Of a stretch of 64,000 bases of DNA, positions 1-8,521 are shown piece by piece (within the stretch, counting starts at the first letter, position 1; every line of letters starts with the position of its first letter). The notes below the pieces were generated by a model. That model saw only the letters and a program-made list of their open reading frames with translations. It did not search any database and was not told where the DNA came from. Made by a program: the position numbers and the translations under genes. Origin of the DNA: Actinomycetota bacterium. Lineage in GTDB: Bacteria > Actinomycetota > Acidimicrobiia > Acidimicrobiales > Ilumatobacteraceae. The stretch spans positions 21,927 to 85,926 of the forward strand of contig JAPLAA010000061.1 in the NCBI GenBank assembly GCA_026393475.1, in the 5' to 3' direction.

Positions 1-26
1 AGTTCGCGTCGAGGGGCTCGTTCCAG

Positions 27-917
27 ATGGTCGTGGTGCGCGGCCGTGCGGGCATGGGACGCAGCGCATTCCTGTCCCAGCTCGAGCCGATGCTCGGCGG
101 GCCCGGTGGCCTCCGGGTCGGACGAGCGACCTACACGCCGATCGACCTCGAGCGTCCCGGCGTCCCGCTGGCGGCAGCGCTCGTGCGCGCCTTCGCCGGC
201 ACCGCCGGAGCGGACGCCGCGCGGGCGTACGCGGCGGCGCCGTTCGTCGACACCTCCGACGCGACGCTCCGCGCCCTCCGCCAACTGGTGATCGATCACG
301 GCCCGGTCACGCTGCTGCTCGACGATCTGCAGTGGGCCGACGCGGACACCCTCACCGCGCTGGAGTGGCTCGGGCGCAATCAACCCGACCTCCCCCTCGC
401 CGTCGTCGCCACCCTTCGGGCGTCCGTGCACGACGGTGCGGCAGGTGCGTCCGGTCTGGGCGGCCCTGGCCTGGCCACACCGGCGGTGCCGGGAGCGAGC
501 GACGTGATCGACCTCGCCCCGTTGCAGGCCGGCCCGGCCGCCGAGCTGCGCGGCCTCGACGCCGCGCTCATCCGCGCCACCGGCGGCGTGCCGGCCCTGC
601 TGGCCGACTCGTGGCGCTGGATTCACGCGGGCGGCGGCAGCGGCCCGTCACCGAGCCTGCGCGACGCGGTGCTCCGTCATGTCCGCGGCCTCGGCAACCC
701 GTATGCCGGCCTGCTCCGGGCCGCGGCCACACTGGCCGAGCCGTTCACACCGGAGCAGCTCGCCGACGCAGCGGTCATGCCGATGGGACTCGTCGATCGT
801 TCGATCGTCGAACTCTGCCGGGTCGACCTGTTCGAACGCCATGGCCGCGGGATCCGGTTCCGGGCCACCCTGGTGCGCGACGTGCTGTCCGACGCCGCCG
901 CCTCGCGCTCGGCCTGA
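27..917 (+). CDS. AAA_16 / LuxR-MalT-type NTPase-domain protein, short form (may be 5'-truncated by window edge)
   Basis: 296-aa ORF. It has a P-loop-like GRAGMGRS, then LLLDDLQWADADTL, a Walker-B-region motif typical of large LuxR/MalT-type ATPases. The frame stays open back to nt 3. No C-terminal LuxR HTH recognised. Confidence 0.5.
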   Translation: MVVVRGRAGMGRSAFLSQLEPMLGGPGGLRVGRATYTPIDLERPGVPLAAALVRAFAGTAGADAARAYAAAPFVDTSDATLRALRQLVIDHGPVTLLLDDLQWADADTLTALEWLGRNQPDLPLAVVATLRASVHDGAAGASGLGGPGLATPAVPGASDVIDLAPLQAGPAAELRGLDAALIRATGGVPALLADSWRWIHAGGGSGPSPSLRDAVLRHVRGLGNPYAGLLRAAATLAEPFTPEQLADAAVMPMGLVDRSIVELCRVDLFERHGRGIRFRATLVRDVLSDAAASRSA

Positions 918-986
918 CCGGCCCCCGCCCGATGGAGCGCGACAGCGCGGTCGCGCCACCAGCGACCGAGGATCAGCGGTCAGGGG

Positions 987-3900
987 TCAGGGGATCGGCT
1001 GGTAGGTGAGCGTCACCTGGGCGAGCGACCCGCTGCCGACGACGACGGTGGTGCACGCCGGCGTGGCCCACCCCGGACGAGCGGTGCCGCACACCTCGTG
1101 TGTCCCGGGCTCGACGAAGGCGAACGACCCGAACTGGTTGTGCGGCTCACCGTCGACGAGCACGTCGACGGGCAGCCCGGCAGGAGCGACCGCCACCTGC
1201 AGGAGGCCGAGCGGCGAGAACGCGCCGGCGACCGTCGTGGTCGCACCCTGCTCGACGAGCACCTGCTGGCACGGTGGCGTGACGAACCCGACCACGTCGG
1301 TGAAGCACACCTCGTGGACACCGACGGGCATCTTCACCCAGGTGAGTGCCCAGTCGGCGCGGGGAATGCCGTCGACGACCACGCGGGAGGCGACCGCCGG
1401 TGAGGTGCTCACCCGGAGGAATCCGGTGGGCCCGAGCTGCGGTGCCGGGCCGGGCGCCGGGGTGGGCGTCGACACGAAGGTGCCCGTGACCTGTGTGGTG
1501 GCCCCGGCGATGACCGTGACCGACTGACACGCCGGCGCCTGCCAGGGCCCGCTGACGTCACCCCAGCAGATCTCGTGCTGGCCGGGTTCGACGAAACTGA
1601 ACAACCCGTACTCCTCGGCCACGTGGCCGTCGACGAAGATCGTGGTCGGCAATCCGACCGGTTGGACCCCTACCTGGAGCAGACCGAGGCGGGCGAAGGA
1701 ACCGACGACCGAGGTCGTCTGACCTGGGGTGACCACCACCGTCTGGCAGGCCGGCGTGCCGAAGCCGACGACGTCGGACCAGCACACCTCGTGCGAGCCG
1801 GCGAGCACGCTCACCCAGTCGAGGCCCCAGTCGTTGCGGACGATGCCGTCGACGCTGATGCGCGATGGGACGGGCGGGTCGGTCGTGACCCGGAGCAGGC
1901 CGGTCGTGGCCGGGAGGTCGCCGCGGACGAGGGTGTCGGTCGCCGTTGCATCCGCGGCCCCGGAGGCGCTGCTGAGCGTGGCGGTCTGGGACAGCACGAC
2001 CTCGTCGCCGAGGCGCACGTCGTCGACGCGCCACCCGGTGCTGGCGACACCGTTGTCGGAACCGAACCGGAACCGGATGCGCACCTGCTGGCCGATCCAC
2101 GGGGTGAGGTCGGCGACGCTCTCGACGACACCGCCACTCGAGCCGGTGAAGGCCGGCCGAGGCGCGATCGGGTTGGGTCCGGAGGCGAGTTGGTGCGTGT
2201 AGCCGTTGCGCACGAATGCCGGGCCGAGGTCGGCCCAGGTGACACCGTTGGTGGACAGCTCGACGATGCCGCCGTCGCTCTGTCGTTCGGTGTCGAACTG
2301 GTGCAGGAAGCGCAGCGTGGGGTGTGCGCCGGTCACCGTGACGGGCTCGGCAAGTCCGAGGACGACGGCCGATGCCGACGTGGTGCCGTCGACGCGGGCG
2401 CCGAGCACACCGGTGTGTGCGGCGACCCCGCTCGCGGTCCAGTCGATCGTCCCGGCCGTGTGGGTGCGGAGCCATCGGTCGGTGCCGTGCTCGAAGTCCT
2501 CGTGCAACCAGACGTCGGTCGCGCTCGTGCCGGCGGTGACGGCATAGGTACAGGTGACGGCCGCGCCGGCGGCGACCGTGGGGATCGTGACGGTGACGAC
2601 GCCGGCGGCGTGCGTGCCGCCGCACGTCGCCGAGCCGACGACGTAGGTGGAGCCCGCGGGAACGGTGGAGCCGACGACCACACCGGTCGCCGGGACCGTC
2701 GCGGTGTTGGTGACGGTGGAGCTGTAGGTGACGGTGCTCCCTGGTGCGGCGACCGAGGTGCTGGCGGTGGTGGTGAGCACCAGTGACAGGCACTGGTCCG
2801 GCACGTCGAAGGCAGCGGCACCGTCGGTGCGGCTCGCGGGACTGCCCTGCGAGGCGCTCTCACCGAGGCCGCGGGCGGCGAACGCCTCCCAGATCACGCA
2901 CTGGTTCGCGCCGCCCGTGTGCAGCTGGTCGGCGAGGAGGATCGCATCGCGTGCGTCGACGAACCCGGGGCTGCACGGCTGGAGCTTCATGCCGTCGAGC
3001 ACCAGTTGCATCGCCGTGATGTTGCCGCCCGTGCCGCCGATCCAGTCGGGGTCGAAGCCGTCCCGCTCGACGAGTGCCCATGAGAGGTCCCACAGCATCG
3101 CGGCGAACACCTCGCCGACCGCGTGAGGGCTGCCCGCTGCGGCGACGTCGGCGTACGTGCTCGGATCGACCCCGAGGTCGGTGCTGTACGGCGACGAACG
3201 CAGACCCGGACCGGTGGCCGCCTGGCCGAGCGCCCAGGTGCCGATCGGGCGCGGGTCGGTCCCGAGGTCGCCCGGCTCGAGCGTCATCATCAACGCGAAC
3301 CAGTCGCTCCACCCCTCGCCCGGTTGTTCGGTGTTCTGCAGACACGTGACATTGGAGGGGCCGCCGGTGAGCCGGTTGCTGATGCCGTGGGCGTACTCGT
3401 GGGCGACGATCCCGTTGTCGAACGCGCTGTCGCGATCGGGGTTCGCAGTGGTGAACGGCATCAGCTGCATCCGGCCCGCGAACCCGTCGGGCGCCGTCGT
3501 GAAGTTGGCGTTGTCGACACCGGATCCGTCGAGCACCTCGACCAGGACGGGGTCGCCGCCGAGGGCGGCCGCGCCGCCCCTGCCGTAGTTGTTCGCCTGG
3601 AAGTTGCCGCTCGCCTCGTCGAAGCCGAACGCGTAGGCGATGTCGTGAAGTCGGTTGACGAACTGGAACGCGTTGATGACCGCTGCCGCGGTCGCCGTCG
3701 ACGGCGGCTGACCGAGATCGAGCGGTGCGGTGAACACCAGGCCTGCACCACCGTCGGGCTGGCTGCTCGGGTCGGCGACGTTGTTCGCATCGACGTCGGT
3801 GTACGCGGAGACGTTGTTGCCCCGGGTGACGGTGAACTCCGCGCCGGGCACGCCGTTCGTGTCGTGCCAGCCGAAGGGCGACGCCACGGGGTCGGCGGGG

Positions 3901-4826
3901 TCGACGATGGTGCTGCGCGTCCCGAACGACGGTGACTCGACGGGTGCGTCGAACCCTTCGTACGTGGCGCCCGAGGTGTAGTTGATGCGGTCGAGTTCGT
4001 CGCCCGTGTCGGCGTCGACGCTGACGACCCACCAGTTCTCGCCGTCGGGCTCGCGGATGGTGACCTCCCAGGCGAGGTGGACCACGTCGGCCGTCTCGTC
4101 GGGCTGCAGGACGAGCCGGACCGGGATCGGATCGGCCGACACGCCACCTGTGGTGACCGTGGTCGCCGACTCCGCGCCCGGCTCGGTCGCCACCTGGCGG
4201 AACGGTCGGGACGCGACGAGACCGAGGGCGTCGACCGCCGACCGGACGGCGTCGAGGGAATCGATCTCCGGTGGTGGGCCGTCGGCGGTCGTGGTGAGAC
4301 GTCGTTCGAACCGGTCGCCGAGCGAGCGGACCGCGCCGGTGCCGTCGACGACCACGCTCATCACACCGCCGCTCACGTCGAGGCCGTCGAAGCGTTGCTG
4401 GAGGTGGACGACCCAGGCGCCCGTGTCACCGACGGGGACGATGTCGGTGACGACGGCGCTGGCGATGTCGGCTCCCTCGAGCCCGAGCGCCGCACGTCGC
4501 TCGGCGAGATGTGCGAGCGCTCGGCTTCCTGCCTCGGCGGACGAGATCCCGCCGACGGCGGCACCGGTCGTGGTGATCGGGTCGCCGGGTGCGGCATCGA
4601 CCGCCGACGAGGCCGCGGAGATCGGCAGGAGGCCCAACAGCGCGACCAGCGCCAACGACGGGGCGTCGAGGCGACGCTCCCACCGGGTGCGCTGCGGCCG
4701 TCGCCGGCCGCGATCCAGGCGGTCCAGGCGATCCAGGCGGTCAAGCCGATCCAGGTGATCGAGCCGATCGGGCGGATCGCAGGACGAGGGGCCGGTCGAG
4801 TGGTTCACGAGTTCGTCTTCACGCAC
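987..4826 (-). CDS. secreted M36 (fungalysin-family) zinc metalloprotease, multidomain, up to 1279 aa
   Basis: HEYAHGISNRLTGG (HExxH) plus downstream EGWSDW match the M36 signature. Propeptide-like N-terminal region and hydrophobic signal segment LALVALLGLLPISAASSA. C-terminal DUF11-like, jelly-roll-like and four PEGA-like modules. The GTG start at 4826 (alternative GTG at 4808) is uncertain. Confidence 0.9.
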   Translation of the reverse strand: MREDELVNHSTGPSSCDPPDRLDHLDRLDRLDRLDRLDRGRRRPQRTRWERRLDAPSLALVALLGLLPISAASSAVDAAPGDPITTTGAAVGGISSAEAGSRALAHLAERRAALGLEGADIASAVVTDIVPVGDTGAWVVHLQQRFDGLDVSGGVMSVVVDGTGAVRSLGDRFERRLTTTADGPPPEIDSLDAVRSAVDALGLVASRPFRQVATEPGAESATTVTTGGVSADPIPVRLVLQPDETADVVHLAWEVTIREPDGENWWVVSVDADTGDELDRINYTSGATYEGFDAPVESPSFGTRSTIVDPADPVASPFGWHDTNGVPGAEFTVTRGNNVSAYTDVDANNVADPSSQPDGGAGLVFTAPLDLGQPPSTATAAAVINAFQFVNRLHDIAYAFGFDEASGNFQANNYGRGGAAALGGDPVLVEVLDGSGVDNANFTTAPDGFAGRMQLMPFTTANPDRDSAFDNGIVAHEYAHGISNRLTGGPSNVTCLQNTEQPGEGWSDWFALMMTLEPGDLGTDPRPIGTWALGQAATGPGLRSSPYSTDLGVDPSTYADVAAAGSPHAVGEVFAAMLWDLSWALVERDGFDPDWIGGTGGNITAMQLVLDGMKLQPCSPGFVDARDAILLADQLHTGGANQCVIWEAFAARGLGESASQGSPASRTDGAAAFDVPDQCLSLVLTTTASTSVAAPGSTVTYSSTVTNTATVPATGVVVGSTVPAGSTYVVGSATCGGTHAAGVVTVTIPTVAAGAAVTCTYAVTAGTSATDVWLHEDFEHGTDRWLRTHTAGTIDWTASGVAAHTGVLGARVDGTTSASAVVLGLAEPVTVTGAHPTLRFLHQFDTERQSDGGIVELSTNGVTWADLGPAFVRNGYTHQLASGPNPIAPRPAFTGSSGGVVESVADLTPWIGQQVRIRFRFGSDNGVASTGWRVDDVRLGDEVVLSQTATLSSASGAADATATDTLVRGDLPATTGLLRVTTDPPVPSRISVDGIVRNDWGLDWVSVLAGSHEVCWSDVVGFGTPACQTVVVTPGQTTSVVGSFARLGLLQVGVQPVGLPTTIFVDGHVAEEYGLFSFVEPGQHEICWGDVSGPWQAPACQSVTVIAGATTQVTGTFVSTPTPAPGPAPQLGPTGFLRVSTSPAVASRVVVDGIPRADWALTWVKMPVGVHEVCFTDVVGFVTPPCQQVLVEQGATTTVAGAFSPLGLLQVAVAPAGLPVDVLVDGEPHNQFGSFAFVEPGTHEVCGTARPGWATPACTTVVVGSGSLAQVTLTYQPIP
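990..1905 (-). repeat. coding ABAB duplication of ~70-aa PEGA-like modules at the C-terminus of the M36 protease (coordinates approximate)
   Basis: Four modules share L(R/Q)V..P......VDG......G.HE(V/I)C......P.C..V.V..G.TT.V.G.F. Modules 1/3 and 2/4 are the closest pairs. Confidence 0.7.
4710..4769 (-). repeat. in-frame 9-bp tandem repeat (about 6.5 units) encoding (DRL)n in the N-terminal region of the M36 ORF
   Basis: Minus-strand codons gat cgg ctc gat cac ctg gat cgg ctt gac cgc ctg gat cgc ctg gac cgc ctg gat cgc translate to DRLDHLDRLDRLDRLDRLDR. Confidence 0.85.
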
Positions 4827-4883
4827 CGGTGTGGCCGCAGATCTCGGTATCGGCGATGCCGTGGCCCGAGTGGGGCGCCCGGC

Positions 4884-5375
4884 TCAGACCGTGACCGAGG
4901 GACGGCGACGACGACGGGCCGCAGCGACCCACAAGAGCGCGCCGGCCGCGATGGCCCCGACGGCGAGGACGACGGTCTGCATCACGTCGCTGCCGGTGGT
5001 GGGGATGTCGTCGGCAGCCCCGCCGATGTTGACCGCGACCGAGAGGCTCAGCGGCGACCCGTTGGACGCGGTGCCCGACAGCACGATCGTGCGGGTGCCC
5101 GATGCGCTCGCCGGGATGACGACCGATGCCGAGACGGCACCGGCGCCCGATGCCGTGGCCGAGCCGAGCCCGGCGGCGCCGGGATCGAGCACGACGGTGA
5201 CCGTGGAGTTCGGCGCGAACCCGGCACCGGAGACGGTGACGGTCTGGCCCGGGGCCGGTGTGGGGTCGGAGACCGTTGCCGAGGAACTGCCGCCGCTGTA
5301 CGGGCTGGCGGCCGCATGCTGGACGCCGACGAGGCCGACGAGCGCTGCGACGATGACGAGGAACCACTGCTTCAC
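4884..5375 (-). CDS. small secreted Ser/Thr/Gly/Ala-rich surface protein with sortase-type C-terminal sorting signal (IPTTG + TM + RRRRR)
   Basis: 163 aa. N-terminal signal peptide MKQWFLVIVAALVGLVGVQHAAA. C-terminus reads DIPTTGSD, then a hydrophobic helix, then ARRRRRP. GTG start with AAGGAGG 7 nt upstream. GTGA overlap with the upstream GT2 stop. Confidence 0.7.
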   Translation of the reverse strand: MKQWFLVIVAALVGLVGVQHAAASPYSGGSSSATVSDPTPAPGQTVTVSGAGFAPNSTVTVVLDPGAAGLGSATASGAGAVSASVVIPASASGTRTIVLSGTASNGSPLSLSVAVNIGGAADDIPTTGSDVMQTVVLAVGAIAAGALLWVAAARRRRRPSVTV

Positions 5376-6754
5376 CGCTCGACCTCCTTGGTGATCTGGA
5401 CGTTGGTGATCTGGACGTTGCTGAACTGGACGTTGATGACCTTCGAGTCCGAGGACTCGACGAACGTGCGGGCCACCGGCGCCGGTCGGGTCTCGATGCC
5501 GAGCAGCGACCAGAAGAGGCTGGAGAGCACCGTCTGGAACCCGAGGATGAGGCCGAGCGTGGCGGGAGCGACGATCCGGATCGTCTGTGCACCGTCCATC
5601 TCACCGAAGCCCTCACCGCTCCATCGGGTGAACGAGGCGACCGCCAGGCCGAACCCGGCCACGATCAGCAGACCGCCGATGGCGAGGCCACGCTCGAGGC
5701 TGAGCAGCCGCTTGACCCGTTCGTACCGGTCGCCCGGTGGGAGGAACCCCTGCTGCTCGCCGTAGCGACGGGTGAGCATCGCGAACCACATCGCCTGGTA
5801 CCCGAGCACCGTGGCGGCGCAGGCGTAGAGGAGGGTGCCGATGTCGAAGCCGACACCGCCGATGGTGACCGGGGTGACCACCAGGGTGGCGGCGGCCACC
5901 GCACCGACGACGAAGGCCACCAGACCCGGCAGGAGGAACAGCCACTTCGGGCTGTAGAGGAGGAGGAAGCGGAGGTGACGCCACCCGTCGCGGAACGAGC
6001 GCAGGTGCGGCGGCCGCGACCGACCGTCGGGGCGCAAGGTCGTGGGGACCTCGGTGATCTTCCGGCCGGCCAGTGCGTTGGCCACGACCACCTCGGAGGC
6101 CCACTCCATGCCGGTGGTGTGCAGACCGAGGTTGAGCACGGTCTGGCGACGGAAGCCGCGCAGGCCGCAGTGGAAGTCACGGACGGGGATGCCGAACAGG
6201 GTGCGCCCGAGCCACGACAGCACCGGGTTGCCGATCCAGCGGTGCAGCCACGGCATGGCGCCCGGCTCGATGCCACCGGCGAACCGGTTGCCCATCACCA
6301 GGTGGTCGCCGGCCCGCAGGCGCTCGACGAACTGGTCGAGCGACGAGAAGTCGTAGGAGTCGTCGGCGTCGCCCATGATGACGAACGTGCCGCGAGCGGC
6401 GCGGACGCCACCCATCAGCGCTGCGCCGTAGCCCTTCTCGGGCACGGACACCACGCGGGCGCCCTCGGCTTCGGCGAGCTGGATCGACCGGTCGGTCGAG
6501 CCGTTGTCGGCCACCAGCACCTCGCCCCGTACGCCGCTGCGCTCGAGGTAGGCCCGTGCGGTGCGCACGCACACCGCGATGGTCTCCTCCTCGTTGAGGC
6601 ACGGCATCAGGATCGTGAGCTCGAGGGTGTCCTCGTCGGCCACGTTCCGTGGTGTCGTGCGCCGATCGCCATCGCGATCGGGGTTCCAGGTCCGCATGGA
6701 TTCCTGGTCGGAGATCGACAGATCCGCCCGATGTGTCGCCGTCATTTCGCTCAC
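5372..6754 (-). CDS. family 2 glycosyltransferase with four C-terminal transmembrane helices (polyprenyl-phosphate sugar synthase-like layout)
   Basis: LTILMPCLNEEETI, ADNGSTD and GDADDS (DxD) are GT2 motifs. Four long hydrophobic segments follow residue ~280. Confidence 0.88.
   Translation of the reverse strand: MSEMTATHRADLSISDQESMRTWNPDRDGDRRTTPRNVADEDTLELTILMPCLNEEETIAVCVRTARAYLERSGVRGEVLVADNGSTDRSIQLAEAEGARVVSVPEKGYGAALMGGVRAARGTFVIMGDADDSYDFSSLDQFVERLRAGDHLVMGNRFAGGIEPGAMPWLHRWIGNPVLSWLGRTLFGIPVRDFHCGLRGFRRQTVLNLGLHTTGMEWASEVVVANALAGRKITEVPTTLRPDGRSRPPHLRSFRDGWRHLRFLLLYSPKWLFLLPGLVAFVVGAVAAATLVVTPVTIGGVGFDIGTLLYACAATVLGYQAMWFAMLTRRYGEQQGFLPPGDRYERVKRLLSLERGLAIGGLLIVAGFGLAVASFTRWSGEGFGEMDGAQTIRIVAPATLGLILGFQTVLSSLFWSLLGIETRPAPVARTFVESSDSKVINVQFSNVQITNVQITKEVER
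5390..5434 (-). repeat. in-frame 15-bp x3 tandem repeat at the 3' end of the GT2 gene (NVQFS/NVQIT/NVQIT)
   Basis: Plus strand reads ggtgatctggacgtt ggtgatctggacgtt gctgaactggacgtt. It lies just upstream of the SD of the next gene. Confidence 0.9.
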
Positions 6755-6901
6755 CGCCCTGAGCTCTGTTGCACCAGCACCGCCTGCTGACGCCTGTGTC
6801 GAACGTACCAGTGGCCGTTCGAGCCGTGTCTCAAGAGAACGTCAAGGATCGGCCCCAGAACTCACGCACACCGGTCCGATCACCACCGTGTGCTGCGAGC
6901 T

Positions 6902-8521
6902 TCAAGAGATCGGGCACCCGACGGACGGGGTTGTCAGGTCACCCTCCGCGGTCGCCGCCACCCGGAGGATCGTGGTGGTGCCGTCGTCGTACGCGACGGC
7001 GATCCGACCGGTCGCCACCGCACGGACCAACGCAGCGTCGTCGACCCCTCCCCAGGCGTCCGGGAGCACGACCCAGTCGACCGAGCAACCCGTCAGTGCG
7101 TCGAGCGAGGTGTCGTCCGGCCACGCGCCGGCGCTGAGGAGGAGCTCGGCGACCGCGGCCGTCCGACGCTCCTCGGGGAAGAACAGCCACTCGGCCCGCG
7201 CGGCCACCCAGGCATCGACGCCCTCGGCCTCGACCCACCATCCGGTCGGGACACCGTCCACCGGCGCGGCGACGACCCGATCGCCCTCGACGACGTGGTC
7301 GTGGAGCCAGGAGGCGGCCAGCAGTGTGCCGTCGGGGGTGTAGCGGCCGTACCGGGCCACCTCGTCGTCGAAGCGTGCGGGAGTCACCGCGGCCATACAG
7401 ACCACCACGACACCGGCCGCCACACCGGCCACCGCCGCAGCCCGGCGATCCCGCCGGCCGGCCGCGACCGCTGCACCCGGCCGGTCGCCGGCTCGGACGT
7501 CACCGGCGAACGCACTCGCGAGCGGTGCCAGCGCGATCGCCATCGCCGTCGGCACGACGTAGGCCGCGCGAACCTCGCCGATGGCGAGGCCGACGAACGC
7601 GGCGAGCAACAGGCCGGTCGCGACCGCTGCACCCGGCCGGTCGCTGCGCAGCACCCGAGCCGTCACGATCACGGCAGCGGCGAGCAGCGCCCACCACAGC
7701 CACGCCGGCGGTCCGAGCACCACCAGCAACGCGTCCGTACCGCGCACGGCGGTCGAACGCCCCTCCGGCAACGACTGCGCCCGCAGGATCGGCACGTACC
7801 ACGGCGCGGTCAGCAGGATCGGCAGCACGGCCCACACGCCGGTCCGGACGATCGCGACGATGCGGGCGCCGACGGATCGATCCGTGTCGACGAGCACCAC
7901 CGTGAGGCCCGTGGCCGCGGACGCCACGACGGCGGCGCCGGTGACGATGGTCGAGATCAGCATCGTCGCGGTCAGCCACGCGCCCCAGACGAGCGCCGCT
8001 CGTCGGGTCGGACGACGCGTCCACCGCTCTGCGGCCACGACGACCGAGGGCAGCAGGCCCAGCCCGAGCAATTGCGGCACGCCACCCCAGGCGGCGGCCG
8101 CCGACGTCCCGACCGCTGCGGTGACGCCCAGCGCGGCAGCAGCAGCGGCGACCGGGCCCGTGTGTCGACGGCAGACCGTCCACACCCCCACCGCCGGGGC
8201 GACCGAGGCGACCCCCTGGAGCAGGTGTGCCGTCCAGGCCGTCCCGATCAGCGCGCGGACACACCACGCGAACAGCGGCACGATCGGCGGGTAGACGACG
8301 TCGTCGACGTCGACCGCGCCCCACCACGACTCGGCGACCCGCAGCAGGTTGCCGATGTCGACGCCCACCGGATCGCCATGGCGTGACAGGACCACGACAC
8401 GCCAGACGGCGAGGCAGATGCCGAGACCGACGACCGCAGCGATCTCAAGTCGGTCGGGCGGACGCGGGTCGATCCGGCCGTCGTGCGCGCGCTGCTCAGC
8501 CACCGTCGGCGGCGGCCACAT
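6902..8521 (-). CDS. polytopic membrane protein with ~170-aa C-terminal soluble domain (GT-C-like layout; function unproven)
   Basis: 539-aa ORF with many long hydrophobic helices through residue ~370, then a soluble tail. Codon bias is consistent with coding. Overlaps the upstream gene by 26 nt. Confidence 0.65.
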   Translation of the reverse strand: MWPPPTVAEQRAHDGRIDPRPPDRLEIAAVVGLGICLAVWRVVVLSRHGDPVGVDIGNLLRVAESWWGAVDVDDVVYPPIVPLFAWCVRALIGTAWTAHLLQGVASVAPAVGVWTVCRRHTGPVAAAAAALGVTAAVGTSAAAAWGGVPQLLGLGLLPSVVVAAERWTRRPTRRAALVWGAWLTATMLISTIVTGAAVVASAATGLTVVLVDTDRSVGARIVAIVRTGVWAVLPILLTAPWYVPILRAQSLPEGRSTAVRGTDALLVVLGPPAWLWWALLAAAVIVTARVLRSDRPGAAVATGLLLAAFVGLAIGEVRAAYVVPTAMAIALAPLASAFAGDVRAGDRPGAAVAAGRRDRRAAAVAGVAAGVVVVCMAAVTPARFDDEVARYGRYTPDGTLLAASWLHDHVVEGDRVVAAPVDGVPTGWWVEAEGVDAWVAARAEWLFFPEERRTAAVAELLLSAGAWPDDTSLDALTGCSVDWVVLPDAWGGVDDAALVRAVATGRIAVAYDDGTTTILRVAATAEGDLTTPSVGCPIS

